DNA of 59,374 bases. Source: a virus. Its lineage: Duplodnaviria; Caudoviricetes. The DNA lies in IMG/VR virus record IMGVR_UViG_3300036791_000807, positions 1 to 59,374 of that record; one strand, given 5' to 3'. Below the pieces are notes generated by a model. The model made no database searches. It saw only the letters and a list, made by a program, of their open reading frames with translations, and had not been told where the DNA came from. Position numbers and translations under genes: made by a program. Shown here piece by piece: positions 43,262 to 53,819 of this stretch; position 1 is the stretch's first letter, and the number at the start of each line of letters is the position of its first letter.

Positions 43262-44703
43262 TGAAACCGTACAAGGATGAGAACGGTGTCTGGCATTTCG
43301 ACGATATCCCGATTTGTTCAACCGGGATTGAGTACCCGCTTGGCACCGGCAAGCATACCTTCACCCAAAAGGAGTTGGAGGATGCGGTCCAAGCTGCGTC
43401 GGGGAGCGACGTGGCCGTCAACGCGCCCCGGTTGAAGCTCGGGCACAAGTCGAAAGCCAACGATCTCTTCCTTGGCGAAGACGAGCCTGCCTTCGGCCGG
43501 GTCGAAGGCATGCACCTCAGCGACAACAAGCAGACGATCATCGGCAACTATGTCGGTACGCCGGAGTGGTTGGCCAAAGTCCTGCCTACCGCCTACCCCA
43601 ACCGTTCGGTCGATGCGCAGTTGGGGGTTAACACGGTGACTGGCAAGCAGTATGAAATGGTCATCACTGATGTGTCCCTGCTCGGGGTGCGGTGGCCCGG
43701 TTGCACGGTTCTGGAGGACTTGCCTCTCTGGTATGGAGATGAGACTCCGGAGGATGTCGAGATCGCCGCCGCGCTCGATGTCTCCTCGATCCGGCGCAAG
43801 TTCTACCGCGAAGGGCCGGGCAAAGAGAATGTAGCATGGTGGATCCGAGGGGAGCGGTTCGACTCCCAGCATGGCTACAATCTCATCGTGGACGAGGGGA
43901 ACGGTGACATTTGTCGTATCCCTGTCACGGTCGATGACGATGCGGTGGAGTTCGGTGATGCGATGCAAGTCACCGAGGAGTACCCAGACAAGGCGGTCGC
44001 GGCTGCGGCTGTCATCGCAGGGATGAAGATGGCGGATCCCGCCATGGTCATCTATGCATCCAGGGCAGACAGCCCTGATCAACCGACCAGGGAGGGCATG
44101 ATGGACGAGGCAACTCGTACTTCGCTCGCCGCCAAGCTTGGCCTGCCCGAGGATGCCACCGAGGGCCAGATCAACGCGAAGATGGCCGAGCAGGTCATGG
44201 CCGAGGCACCCGAGACCGAAGAGGGTGACGAGACAGAGACCGAGACAGAGACCGAGACAGAGACAGAGACCGAGACCGAGACGGAGACCGAAGAGGGCAA
44301 CGGCGACGAGGCGAATGCCAGCGCAACCGTCACCCTCGACCGTGCGACGTTCGAGCGGATCAAGGCCGGATCCGAACTCGCAACTAGGCACGAGAAGGAG
44401 CGGCAGGGCAACCTGATCCGTGACACCGTCGAAGCGGCCGTCGATGATGGCCGCATCCCTCCCGCCCGTCGCGAGCATTGGCGCAAGGCGCTCGCGGCCG
44501 ACTACGAGGGCAGCAAGGCCGTTCTGGACAAGCTGGAGAAGGGGCTCGTGCCTCTCCGGGAGCGCGGTGCGTCCGGCGGTGAAGCAGAGGGAGTCGAGGC
44601 AGGGGCAGCGATTGGTCTGCCCGAGGCATGGTTCCCGGAAATCGCCGTCATGCGACAGACTGCGGCTGCTGGCCGTCCTGTCGTCCAGGCAAAGGAGGGC
44701 TAG
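43261..44703 (+). CDS. capsid maturation protease / scaffold (Mu gpI-like)
   Basis: LKLGH, AYPNRS, VSLLG..P; C-terminal LGLPEDATE..VEAAVDDGRIPPA scaffold. Confidence 0.82.
   Translation: MKPYKDENGVWHFDDIPICSTGIEYPLGTGKHTFTQKELEDAVQAASGSDVAVNAPRLKLGHKSKANDLFLGEDEPAFGRVEGMHLSDNKQTIIGNYVGTPEWLAKVLPTAYPNRSVDAQLGVNTVTGKQYEMVITDVSLLGVRWPGCTVLEDLPLWYGDETPEDVEIAAALDVSSIRRKFYREGPGKENVAWWIRGERFDSQHGYNLIVDEGNGDICRIPVTVDDDAVEFGDAMQVTEEYPDKAVAAAAVIAGMKMADPAMVIYASRADSPDQPTREGMMDEATRTSLAAKLGLPEDATEGQINAKMAEQVMAEAPETEEGDETETETETETETETETETETEEGNGDEANASATVTLDRATFERIKAGSELATRHEKERQGNLIRDTVEAAVDDGRIPPARREHWRKALAADYEGSKAVLDKLEKGLVPLRERGASGGEAEGVEAGAAIGLPEAWFPEIAVMRQTAAAGRPVVQAKEG
44229..44291 (+). repeat. (GAGACM)n hexamer repeat encoding poly-ET
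   Basis: About 10 tandem GAG-ACN units. Confidence 0.85.
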
Positions 44704-44706
44704 GGG

Positions 44707-45141
44707 ATGGCCAACGATCTCATCCCGTTCAAGCTACCAGGTGACGATATCACCGGAGTGGCAACGGCCGCAATCACCGGCAAGAAGTGTGTCCAGATCA
44801 CGGCAGCCAAGCCGGCAGGTCCGTCTGGCACACTCGCGGCCACCGCCGACACCGGTCATCTCTACCAGGTCGGGCATCCGGGTGCAGGAGGTCGGGCACT
44901 TGGAGCGGGCAAGCGCATCTTCGGAGTCGCGAAGTGGGATGCGCCAATCGGCGGCAAAGTCGGCATCGCCAAGGACGGCATCGTGCCGATCACGTGCAGT
45001 GCCGCTGTTCTAGCAGGGGCGGAAGTGGAGGTCGCCGCCGATGGGAGCATCATCCCCAATGCGGCAGGGGTTGCCATCGGCCTCTGTCTCAACGACGCGG
45101 CAATCAACACCGACGCCGAAATCGACCTGTACGAGATCTAG
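44707..45141 (+). CDS. capsid decoration protein (DUF2190-like)
   Basis: FGVAKWDA..GGKV..GIVPIT..AGAEV..ADG..IG; between scaffold and MCP. Confidence 0.75.
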   Translation: MANDLIPFKLPGDDITGVATAAITGKKCVQITAAKPAGPSGTLAATADTGHLYQVGHPGAGGRALGAGKRIFGVAKWDAPIGGKVGIAKDGIVPITCSAAVLAGAEVEVAADGSIIPNAAGVAIGLCLNDAAINTDAEIDLYEI

Positions 45142-45152
45142 GGAGGAGGAAC

Positions 45153-46130
45153 ATGAGAATCGAGTCCGACATCGTCTGGGTCCCTGGGCAGCCTGGGATC
45201 CTTCGTGCGGGCGAGGCGATTGAGGCGCAGTTGGTTCCGAACCCCGTCGCCCATCCGCTCGGCCCGCCGACCGTCAACCAGACTTTGATCACGGTTGACA
45301 CCGCTCTGAACGCGCCAACGCGCGTGACACGAACGTTGATGGACCTCACGCTCCAGAGGTTCTTCGCAGATCGTGTCTTCACGAACTCGGGAGGAGTGAC
45401 CGGCGGGGCAGTCATCTATGACGACCTGCAGGCCAATGACCTCTTCACGGATCGTGACATCCAGCTGATCTCGCCTGGCGAAGAGTTCCCGCTCATCGTC
45501 TCAAGTCGGCGCTTCCCGAAGGTCGCCGAGGTTGAGAAGTGGGGCGGCAAGTTCTTCGTCACGGTCGAGGCTCGTGACCGCAACGATGTGTCTGTGTTCG
45601 TGCGGAACACTCGCATGCTCGGGAACACCATCGTTCGCAAGATCAATCAGCGGGCGGTCGGCGTATTGGAAGCGGCCGTTCAGGTTGCGCCGACCCGCGT
45701 CATCACTGGCAACAACTGGTCAACGGTCATCACCGCCGGTGCTTCAGCGTCCAACTCGACTCTGTGGCCTGGGTACGACTTCGCCCGCGCCCAGTCCATC
45801 GCAGAAGTCGAGGAACTCGGCATCGTGTACGACCTGTGGATCATGAATCCGCAGGAGTTCCTGCAGCTGACGCGGATCTACGGGCCTGCCCTGAACGATC
45901 TGCTGGCATCGCTCTCACTCAGCGTCTTCGTGACGAACCGGGTGACGGCGGGTACGGCATACGTCGTGCAGGCGGGGCAGCCCGGCCAGATGCGGGTCGA
46001 GCAGCCGCTCGCAACCGAGCAGTGGTACGAGCAGGAGACGCAGCGCTACTGGACACAGTCCAGCGTGCGGCCTCTCATGTTCGTAGACAACCGATTCGCC
46101 GTCCTGAAGTTCCAGGGACTGGCGGGCTAG
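45153..46130 (+). CDS. major capsid protein
   Basis: Position and 325-aa size; PGEEFPL..VEKWGGKF.VT.EARDRN; GGAGGAGG RBS. Confidence 0.85.
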   Translation: MRIESDIVWVPGQPGILRAGEAIEAQLVPNPVAHPLGPPTVNQTLITVDTALNAPTRVTRTLMDLTLQRFFADRVFTNSGGVTGGAVIYDDLQANDLFTDRDIQLISPGEEFPLIVSSRRFPKVAEVEKWGGKFFVTVEARDRNDVSVFVRNTRMLGNTIVRKINQRAVGVLEAAVQVAPTRVITGNNWSTVITAGASASNSTLWPGYDFARAQSIAEVEELGIVYDLWIMNPQEFLQLTRIYGPALNDLLASLSLSVFVTNRVTAGTAYVVQAGQPGQMRVEQPLATEQWYEQETQRYWTQSSVRPLMFVDNRFAVLKFQGLAG

Positions 46131-46140
46131 GAGGGGCAAC

Positions 46141-46668
46141 GTGGCTGAGCTTCATGGCAAGCCGCTGACTGCTCGGGTGGAGGAGTACGAAAGCCCTGAG
46201 GAGTACAGCGGGCAGGGCGACACGCGGATTGTACGTGATCTCATGTTCGCCTACACAACGTCGTCGGAAGACGCGGCGGGCTTCGCAACAATCGACACCG
46301 TCGATGTCACTCGTGGAACCGAGTTGTCGGTCGATGACATGGGTCTCCTTGCCCTGGCGAAGGGCGAGAAGAACCATTCATTCTACACCGACGACGAGCG
46401 CGAGGCTCTGGAGTCCGGACAAAACCCTGATGCACCCCAGAGCCTGGCTGGGGAGTCCGAAGTGTCCGAGATGGGCGAGTACGAGCTTGCCGAGTACATC
46501 AAGGGCAACAACCCGTCGGGGAAGCAACTGACGGTGGATGAGACCATCGCTCTTGCAGGCGATGACAAAGATCTTGCTCATCGTCTGCTCCAGGCCGAGA
46601 ACATCGCCACCGACGGCGATCCTCGCAAGGGCGTCGAAACGGGCCTGACCTCGGTCATCGAGAGTTAG
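46141..46668 (+). CDS. acidic virion-associated protein
   Basis: Follows MCP; C-terminal AE....PRKGV...L motif. Confidence 0.6.
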   Translation: MAELHGKPLTARVEEYESPEEYSGQGDTRIVRDLMFAYTTSSEDAAGFATIDTVDVTRGTELSVDDMGLLALAKGEKNHSFYTDDEREALESGQNPDAPQSLAGESEVSEMGEYELAEYIKGNNPSGKQLTVDETIALAGDDKDLAHRLLQAENIATDGDPRKGVETGLTSVIES

Positions 46669-46681
46669 GAGGGATCTGAAC

Positions 46682-47149
46682 GTGCCGGTTGACGATTACC
46701 GCCCGACGTTGGAACAGGTGGGAGAGATCGACGCAGCACGTACCGTCGATGAGTCAGGCAACATAACCGGCACGTTCAGCGACCCAGCAGGCAGTTCTCA
46801 GGGTACAAAGCCGACAGCAACTCAGGTCAACGACCTAATCGACCGTTCGCTCCAGGAAGTGGAGATCTTCTTTGGGACGGATATCCCGGACGTTCTCTTC
46901 GACAACGCTGCGTACGTGGTGGCGATTCGGACGGCGTTCTGGATTGAGTTGACGTACTACGCGGCCGAGGTCATGCTCAACCGTTCACCATATCCTGAGT
47001 ACAAGCTCTTGTTTGACGAACTGAGACAGGAACTTGTAAACGCAATTCAGGCAGTTGAGGGCGGCGGCGACATCGGAGATACTCTGAGTCAGAACATGCC
47101 CCAATGGGCGTTTCCAGCGGACATCGACATCCTGGAGAGACCGTTCTGA
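46682..47149 (+). CDS. head-to-tail adaptor
   Basis: Position; PTATQVNDLI..IELTYY. Confidence 0.65.
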   Translation: MPVDDYRPTLEQVGEIDAARTVDESGNITGTFSDPAGSSQGTKPTATQVNDLIDRSLQEVEIFFGTDIPDVLFDNAAYVVAIRTAFWIELTYYAAEVMLNRSPYPEYKLLFDELRQELVNAIQAVEGGGDIGDTLSQNMPQWAFPADIDILERPF

Positions 47150-47616
47150 TGGCCATCAAAGTTACGATCTTTGGCGACAATGCAGTCGAGGCCAATCTCA
47201 TTCATGGAGCCGAAGCTCTGGCTAACATGGAGCCTGTCCTGACTGAGGTAGCCAAGGACGTAATGCGGGTCATCAGGGTGACTATTGAGGGGCAGGGTCG
47301 GCGCTACGGAGGTAGCTGGCATGCGCTTGACCCGGCGTATCTTGCCAGGAAAATCAAGAAAGGGCTCGATCCAAGGATTCTGATTGCTACGAAGAAGATG
47401 TTGAATGCGTACAGCGAGTTCGGGAATGAGAATCAGGCGTTGCAGATTCTTCCTCACAGTCTGTTCCTTGGGTCACACCTTGACTATCCTGGGTATCACG
47501 AATACGGGACTAGCAAAATGCCGGCACGCCCCTTCCTGGAGTTTTATCCACAGGATCGGAAGCGCTGGTCAACTATGGTCTCTGAGTACATAACTGTGGC
47601 GATGGGTCTACCATGA
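47149..47616 (+). CDS. virion morphogenesis protein (Mu gpG-like)
   Basis: W..L.PAY..RK..IL; YHEYGTSKMPARPFL. Confidence 0.8.
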   Translation: MAIKVTIFGDNAVEANLIHGAEALANMEPVLTEVAKDVMRVIRVTIEGQGRRYGGSWHALDPAYLARKIKKGLDPRILIATKKMLNAYSEFGNENQALQILPHSLFLGSHLDYPGYHEYGTSKMPARPFLEFYPQDRKRWSTMVSEYITVAMGLP

Positions 47617-48257
47617 GCACAGTCGTCAATGACATCTTTGGTCCAATCTTCAGCGCGGACGTTCTGGAGGAAGCGGTCATGGCGACTCTAGGTGAATGGA
47701 TGCCAACGTACATCCAGGAGATGGAACATCAGCGAAACATCCGACGTGGTACGATCCCGCCGCCTCGACTCTACACCACTCGTAATGAGTTCTCTGCCTT
47801 CCCTGATGAGCAGATGCCGCTCTGCGTAGTTGTCTCTCCTGGAATGGCAGCGATCCATAGCGAGAGTAGTGGCATTCTCATGGCTTGGTACGGAATCGGG
47901 GTTGGTGTCGTTGCTCGGGCGAACACCGAGGTCAACACGAATAAGATGACAAAGGTCTATGGTGCTGCGGTTCGCGCCGTCATGTTGCAGAAGCAAGCAC
48001 TAGACGGATCTTGGAACTACGCGGGCGTCGAACTGATGGACGAGACGTTTGTGGATATCCCCACTCCAGAGCGCGAGCGGTCTATGCGTTCTGTTCAGGT
48101 CATCTTTCGTGTTCTTGTTGACAACATCGTCACCCGGTACGGTGGACCACCATATCCGACCGACCCAGATCCCATGACCCAACCGGGAACGCAATGGCCG
48201 GACGCAGAGACGGCTGATGTCACAGTCGTAATTGAAGGCGAAGGAGAGTTGCCTTGA
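47613..48257 (+). CDS. tail completion / terminator protein
   Basis: Position before the sheath gene. Confidence 0.55.
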   Translation: MSTVVNDIFGPIFSADVLEEAVMATLGEWMPTYIQEMEHQRNIRRGTIPPPRLYTTRNEFSAFPDEQMPLCVVVSPGMAAIHSESSGILMAWYGIGVGVVARANTEVNTNKMTKVYGAAVRAVMLQKQALDGSWNYAGVELMDETFVDIPTPERERSMRSVQVIFRVLVDNIVTRYGGPPYPTDPDPMTQPGTQWPDAETADVTVVIEGEGELP

Positions 48258-48448
48258 CAGAATACAGGTATGTTGGCAGTTATGCCACCGCACTTAGGAG
48301 CGGCCGTCCAGTCGGGCCGGGTGAGACGATGGAGTTGACCGACGAAGAAGTCAACGCCAACGGAGCCATGATCGAGGACGGTCTCTTGCTCGAAGTCCAG
48401 CCAACCAAATCGAGTAGGCAAAAGAAGTCCGCAGGAGAGGAGGAGTAG
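48254..48448 (+). CDS. small pre-sheath protein
   Basis: 64 aa; VGPGETMEL..LL; typical position. Confidence 0.55.
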   Translation: MTEYRYVGSYATALRSGRPVGPGETMELTDEEVNANGAMIEDGLLLEVQPTKSSRQKKSAGEEE

Positions 48449-49882
48449 ATGACCCGTCCTGGCACTGTTGTTCTTCAGCGCTCTACTCCGCCAGTCCGTT
48501 CTGCTCCCACAGATACCGGCGTTTGGTATGTAGTCGGTCTCACGGATGCTGGACCGACAGTTCCGACTCTCATTCGGAGCATGGCGGATTACGAGAGCAT
48601 CTTCGGCGCGAGAGTCTCGTACAGCATCTTGTACGACGCGCTCGACGTGTACTTCCACGAGGGAGGCAACCGAGCCTACGTCTCGCGTGTTGTTGGTTCG
48701 GCTGCTGCCGTCGCCACCCTCAACCTTCAGGACTCAGCCGCCGCCACATCGCTGGTTGTGTCGGCGCTTGGGCCAGGGGCCGTTACCTGGGAGGTAGGCG
48801 TTCGCGCTGGTCTCGCGGCCAATTCGTTCGTCATCTTCACCACCGACGGCACCAACGAGGTCGAAGCCAGTCCCGACATGATGACACAGGGGGATGCGGT
48901 CGCCTGGGGGCAGGGCAGCCAGTACATCAGAGTCGCTCTTGGAGCCAGTTCCGAGGTTCCTGCGGTGGCTGCGGCCGTCGCACTCGCGGGCGGCGACGAC
49001 GACCGTGCCAACATCACCGACGCCGACTGGCAATCGGCGCTCGATCACATCACCACCGACTACGGCATTGGGCAGGTCTCGGCTCCGGGTCGAACGAGTG
49101 ATCTGGGGCACCAGCAGCTTCTGCAGCATGCGAACGACATGCGTCGAGTCGCGATCCTCGATGCGCCAAACGTCGCATCCCAAGGTGCTCTGATCACTTC
49201 ATCGCATGCCTGTCGCGTCGGCAATCAAAGGTACGGCGGGATGTTCTGGCCCTGGTTGATCGTTCCGGGCGTCGTCTCGGGGACAACGCGGGTTGTTCCG
49301 CCATCCGCGTTGGTAGCCGGCAAGTCATCGGGCAACGATGCCGCCGGTCTCGGCCCTGCGACCCCTGCTGCCGGAGTCAACGGAGTCAGCGCGTTTGCGA
49401 CAGGGCTAACGCAGGATCCGACGAGCCTGGACACCGAGACGTTGAACGACAATGGCGTCGATGTCGTCCGTCAGCTGTACGGGACGATTCGTGTCTACGG
49501 CTGGCGCTCACTCGTCGATCCTGTCCAGGACCCAAACTGGGTCAACCTCGGCAACGTTCGTCTCTACATGGGGATCGCGGGGGAGGGCGCGGCGATTGCC
49601 GAGCAGTATCTCTTCACCAAGATCGACGGGCAGGGTCTCACGATCTCGTCGTTCAACGGAGCCCTGGCAGCGATGCTCAGTCGGTACTACAACAATGGAG
49701 ACCTCTACGGCCCTTCGGCCGCAGATGCCTTCTTCGTCGATACAGGGCCGACGGTGAACACTCCAACCACTCTCGCGAACAACGAGCTTCACGCCGTGCT
49801 CTACGTCGTGATGAGCCCGTTCGCCGAGTACGTCGTCATCGAGATCTACAAGCGTGCAGTGACAGAGGGGGTGAGCGGCTAA
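48449..49882 (+). CDS. tail sheath protein
   Basis: MTRPG..; RVAILD; PPSALVAG; LNDNGV; VYGWRSL; VRLY; PFAEYV. Confidence 0.92.
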   Translation: MTRPGTVVLQRSTPPVRSAPTDTGVWYVVGLTDAGPTVPTLIRSMADYESIFGARVSYSILYDALDVYFHEGGNRAYVSRVVGSAAAVATLNLQDSAAATSLVVSALGPGAVTWEVGVRAGLAANSFVIFTTDGTNEVEASPDMMTQGDAVAWGQGSQYIRVALGASSEVPAVAAAVALAGGDDDRANITDADWQSALDHITTDYGIGQVSAPGRTSDLGHQQLLQHANDMRRVAILDAPNVASQGALITSSHACRVGNQRYGGMFWPWLIVPGVVSGTTRVVPPSALVAGKSSGNDAAGLGPATPAAGVNGVSAFATGLTQDPTSLDTETLNDNGVDVVRQLYGTIRVYGWRSLVDPVQDPNWVNLGNVRLYMGIAGEGAAIAEQYLFTKIDGQGLTISSFNGALAAMLSRYYNNGDLYGPSAADAFFVDTGPTVNTPTTLANNELHAVLYVVMSPFAEYVVIEIYKRAVTEGVSG

Positions 49883-49883
49883 C

Positions 49884-50345
49884 ATGGCAGTAATCCTGAG
49901 TCCTGGACCAACCCGTAAGGACACATGGAAGATCACCCTTCGGGTTGAGCATCCGCACAATCCCGGCAGCATGATCGACTATGGAATCTGGGACAAGAAG
50001 ACGGGTGGCGCCATCGACTCCGAGGAGCGCATCTACTACCCAGGAGCGATGGCAAGCGCCATTTCGCTCGGCGGTCGTAAGACGGTCAGCGAAGTTGTGC
50101 TGTCAAGGCTCTATCGTCTACAGAGGGATCACGACCCGATCCAGCAACTGATCGACGCAGCCGGTAGAAGTGCCATCGAGATCCACCAACAGCCAATGGA
50201 CATCCATGGGAACGTCTATGGATCGCCTATCGTCTACGGTGGCACCCTGAAGACGGTCACCCTGCCGGAGCACGACTCGGAGTCAAACGATCCGGCTCTG
50301 CTGGAGATCACCTGCACGATTCCTGCACCGCCGACAAGCACGTGA
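49884..50345 (+). CDS. tail tube protein
   Basis: Follows the sheath gene; 153 aa, beta-rich. Confidence 0.8.
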   Translation: MAVILSPGPTRKDTWKITLRVEHPHNPGSMIDYGIWDKKTGGAIDSEERIYYPGAMASAISLGGRKTVSEVVLSRLYRLQRDHDPIQQLIDAAGRSAIEIHQQPMDIHGNVYGSPIVYGGTLKTVTLPEHDSESNDPALLEITCTIPAPPTST

Positions 50346-50366
50346 TTGTAACCGGAGGGAGCAAGC

Positions 50367-50921
50367 ATGAGTGAGCAAGAGACAGAAATCAACGAGCCGC
50401 TGATTCACGATCTCGTCAGCGGCGAGGCGCAAGGCCCGCAATCGCTACATGAGCAGTTGCGGGCCAAGCGCGAAGAGATCGCGGAAACTCGCGACACTCT
50501 GATCGGCATCATCGGGTACACCGAGCCGTTGCTGCTCACCAGGCACGGTCTCATGGACCGTGTTGAGGTTGAGCAGATCGGCAAACGAATCCTTCGTGAG
50601 ACCAAGGATCGTGGTGAGCGTAACATGCGTCTGGTTTGCGATCAGATCATCAACTCGACCAAGGCGTTCTTCTTCCAGCGGGCGACTGACATCGAACCGA
50701 TCCTGCTGGAGGACGAACATGGGACGCCAATCGAGCGCTGGGATCAACTGGCGACCTATCTCGGCTGGGAACAGGCCGGAAACGGAACCGCTCGTGCGGC
50801 TCTGTACTTCGTCTTCGGTGACAACGAGTTCGCCATTGGCCAGTACGCCATCAAGCTTAACCGCTGGATGGGGAACACGGCTTACGATGTGGATACGGAG
50901 CTATTGGGGGAAGGGGTGTAA
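50367..50921 (+). CDS. tail assembly chaperone
   Basis: Between tube and tape measure; ends with a G-GGG-GAA slippery site. Confidence 0.75.
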   Translation: MSEQETEINEPLIHDLVSGEAQGPQSLHEQLRAKREEIAETRDTLIGIIGYTEPLLLTRHGLMDRVEVEQIGKRILRETKDRGERNMRLVCDQIINSTKAFFFQRATDIEPILLEDEHGTPIERWDQLATYLGWEQAGNGTARAALYFVFGDNEFAIGQYAIKLNRWMGNTAYDVDTELLGEGV

Positions 50922-51124
50922 GCCCGCAAGGTGAGGTTGAGAGCGCTGTGCTTGTTGCCCTCTCCGGGCAGGATCCATTCACCTACCTTCACACGAAGGA
51001 CCCGGAGGAACGGGCACTTATGCTCAAGATCGCTATGCGGGCTGCGGAAGTGCGCTCCGACGAACGTGAAGATCAAGCGGTGCGAACCATCAATCGTCTA
51101 TCGCAAGCGATGAAAGCGAAGTAA
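50906..51124 (+). CDS. -1 frameshift extension of the tail assembly chaperone
   Basis: The -1 frame is open from the GGGGGAA at 50906-50912 to the TAA at 51122-51124 (GRGVSPQ...QAMKAK). Confidence 0.7.
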   Translation, partial: GGRGVSPQGEVESAVLVALSGQDPFTYLHTKDPEERALMLKIAMRAAEVRSDEREDQAVRTINRLSQAMKAK

Positions 51125-53169
51125 TGTCAGCCAGCGAGAGATCGACCATTCGTATCGTCCTGACAGGGGCGAGAGAGGCAATGGCTGGCCTCATTGGAGT
51201 CTCCGAGGGGGTCGTGAGACTCGGAGAAGCCGAGAACATGCAAGGTGCTGCCGCTCTCAGAGCGGCAGAGAAGGAATGGCTTCATACACAGGCAATCTTC
51301 ACCTTGCGTCGTTATGCCTACGGAGCTACCCTGGCCCTGACTGCCATGATTGCTGAGACACTTCGCTGGGGTTACACGTTCGATCAGACGATGGCCTCCT
51401 CGCGTGCCGCGCTCTCTCCGGTGATCACTGGTGCCCAAGATCTGAATGCCGAACTGTTTCATCTCTTCAACTTCGCGAAGTACACCCCGTTCCAGTTCAA
51501 GGATATCACGACTGCCTTCCGGCAGATGTATCTTGGGTTTCGGCCATTCGGGATCTCGGTTGGCGAAACGAACAATGTAATTCAGGCCATGGTCGATAAC
51601 TTGTCGGCTACAGGCAGAACAACTCCTGGCGCTCTTAACCGAGTCGCGGTCGCTCTACAGCATATGGCGAACCTCGGGCATTTGACCGGGCAGGCGGTAC
51701 AGCAGCTAGCTCGTGACGGAATTCAAATCATGCCAGCCCTGCGAAAAGAACTCCATCTGACTGGCGACGATATGCATCGAATCGGTGCGCTCGGGATTCC
51801 GGTTCAACAGGTTTTGGATGCGATTGTCAAATACACAGAAACGACTCCGGGGCTTATGAATGCGGCGTACCGTCAGTCGCAGACGTTTGGTGGATCTCTA
51901 ACGACGTTGAAGGACAACATCTCTGAAGTGATGGGCGCTATGATCTCTGGACCGTTCAGTCATGGGCCTAGTTTCATATCAGGTATCAATAAGACATTCG
52001 ACACAATTACCAATCAGATTGAGGCGAATGTACGTGCAGGGAAGGGCATGGGCATCACCTGGAACTATGTCGCTGGCGTCTTTGAGAGTCGGTATCCAGT
52101 CTTGAGAGGATTCTTCACCGCTCTCAATCTTGCCTTCCAGTATGCCAAGGCGCTCGCAAACATTATCGCCAACTCTCTTCTACCAGCGATCAAGAACGCG
52201 GCATATACGCTCCTGCCGCTCTACATTCTACTCAAGCTCTTTGCCGATATCCTCTCGCTTGTAGGGCATCATGGAACGGTTCTTACATGGATCTTGACAA
52301 TCCTGATCGGGAACTGGCTCGTCTATCGGCAGATACTGATACTTGTGGCAATCAAACAGGCTATCATGACTGCCTTGACTTGGGCTCAAGTAACGGCCAC
52401 CTTGGTTCTCACTGCTTGGAATGAAAGATTGATTCTTTCAGAAGAGGGCGTAGTTGCCGGGGCAGGCTCGATGGGCAGGGCGCAAAAGGCATTGGTTCTA
52501 GTCACTATGGCTCTTGGTGCCGCAGTTGCTTGGGTAACAGAAACTGTGACGCTCATGTACTATGCCTTTGGATATGCTGAGGGGATTATTCCTGGACTGG
52601 CGGCCGCTTTTGAAGTCCTCTGGGCCGCCATGGGCCCGGTTGGCTGGATCATCCTCATCATCTCCGCTATTGCCATACTTGGGATCCTCTACTGGAGGGT
52701 GAAGTCGTTCCGCGATCTTGTCAACGATACTGTGACATGGATCTGGCGCCATGGGTGGATGCTTGGAATTGTCTTCCTCGGTATGATTGGTCCTATTTTG
52801 CTTGTGGCCAAGGCTATCGAATTGCTGGTGAAGCATTTCCAGACTCTCGTTCGTTGGGCGAAGGAGGCCTGGAAGTACACAGGTGGTGCAGTTGTCGGTG
52901 CTGCATCCGATACCTGGAAATTCTTGGGTCTGCAAGAGGGTGGCACCGTCTCGCGGTCGGGCATCTTCTTGGTCGGAGAACGCGGGCCGGAACTTGTGGC
53001 GCTGCCGGGTGGAGCGTCTGTCACCCCAGGAGCGGGGATGGCAATCAATACTGGCGGCGGCGGGATCTCTCTCCCGGACATCAACTTGAGGTCGATCATT
53101 CAGATTGATGGCAAGCAGGTTGCTGAGGCTGTCAGTAGACACAGACTCGATGCGGCGGCGAGAGCATGA
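51124..53169 (+). CDS. tape measure protein
   Basis: FAKYTPFQF, QSQTFGGSLTTLKDN, hydrophobic helices, VGERGPELV. Confidence 0.88.
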   Translation: MSASERSTIRIVLTGAREAMAGLIGVSEGVVRLGEAENMQGAAALRAAEKEWLHTQAIFTLRRYAYGATLALTAMIAETLRWGYTFDQTMASSRAALSPVITGAQDLNAELFHLFNFAKYTPFQFKDITTAFRQMYLGFRPFGISVGETNNVIQAMVDNLSATGRTTPGALNRVAVALQHMANLGHLTGQAVQQLARDGIQIMPALRKELHLTGDDMHRIGALGIPVQQVLDAIVKYTETTPGLMNAAYRQSQTFGGSLTTLKDNISEVMGAMISGPFSHGPSFISGINKTFDTITNQIEANVRAGKGMGITWNYVAGVFESRYPVLRGFFTALNLAFQYAKALANIIANSLLPAIKNAAYTLLPLYILLKLFADILSLVGHHGTVLTWILTILIGNWLVYRQILILVAIKQAIMTALTWAQVTATLVLTAWNERLILSEEGVVAGAGSMGRAQKALVLVTMALGAAVAWVTETVTLMYYAFGYAEGIIPGLAAAFEVLWAAMGPVGWIILIISAIAILGILYWRVKSFRDLVNDTVTWIWRHGWMLGIVFLGMIGPILLVAKAIELLVKHFQTLVRWAKEAWKYTGGAVVGAASDTWKFLGLQEGGTVSRSGIFLVGERGPELVALPGGASVTPGAGMAINTGGGGISLPDINLRSIIQIDGKQVAEAVSRHRLDAAARA

Positions 53170-53819
53170 ACATACCAGGGGCATTTGGGCAGATCCCGAC
53201 TAGACACTTCTACGTCTTTCAGTCATCCGACGGACATCAGGTTCAAGTGCTTCGTGGCGCAGATGCGCCTAAGGCTACGGACGGTATGGGAGGCTGGACG
53301 GTTGTAGCGCGTCCGCGCAGGACTGCGCTCACCCAATGGGACGGTAGAAACCCATACGCGATGGATGTCCCAGTCCTGTTCGATGGATGGTCTGAACGGA
53401 TCAATCTTGAGTCCGCGATCTCGACGCTCTTTCAAATGAGCGTTGGTAGTGACTATAGCCCGCCGCCAACCGTCAAGATCACCGGAGGCGTTCCGATCAA
53501 GAATGCCACCTGGGTCATCAATGGGATCGACTGGGGTACTGATGTCATCTGGGGAACTGATGGACCTGGCACACCGTATCGGCTACGACAGGATGCCGTC
53601 GTTCATTTGATCCAGTACAACCCGGAGAGGGATGTCAAGATCCTGACGACCAAATCCCTGCCCAACATCTACATCGTCCATCGAAAGGGCGAGACGATGC
53701 GGACAATCGCCAAGGCGATGTATGGAGACGCGAGACGATGGACAAAGATCAAGGCGGCCAATCCGAGTCATCGTGATCCGAACCATCTCAAGGTCGGCAC
53801 AAAGCTGAGGATCCCGTGA
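53166..53819 (+). CDS. LysM-domain tail tube initiator
   Basis: C-terminal YIV..GETMRTIA...YGD..W..I..AN..L.VG..LRIP. Confidence 0.82.
   Translation: MNIPGAFGQIPTRHFYVFQSSDGHQVQVLRGADAPKATDGMGGWTVVARPRRTALTQWDGRNPYAMDVPVLFDGWSERINLESAISTLFQMSVGSDYSPPPTVKITGGVPIKNATWVINGIDWGTDVIWGTDGPGTPYRLRQDAVVHLIQYNPERDVKILTTKSLPNIYIVHRKGETMRTIAKAMYGDARRWTKIKAANPSHRDPNHLKVGTKLRIP

Noticed and set aside
44229-44291. GAGACM microsatellite as a phase-variation switch
   Set aside because: Hexamer units keep the reading frame; it encodes an acidic linker in the scaffold.
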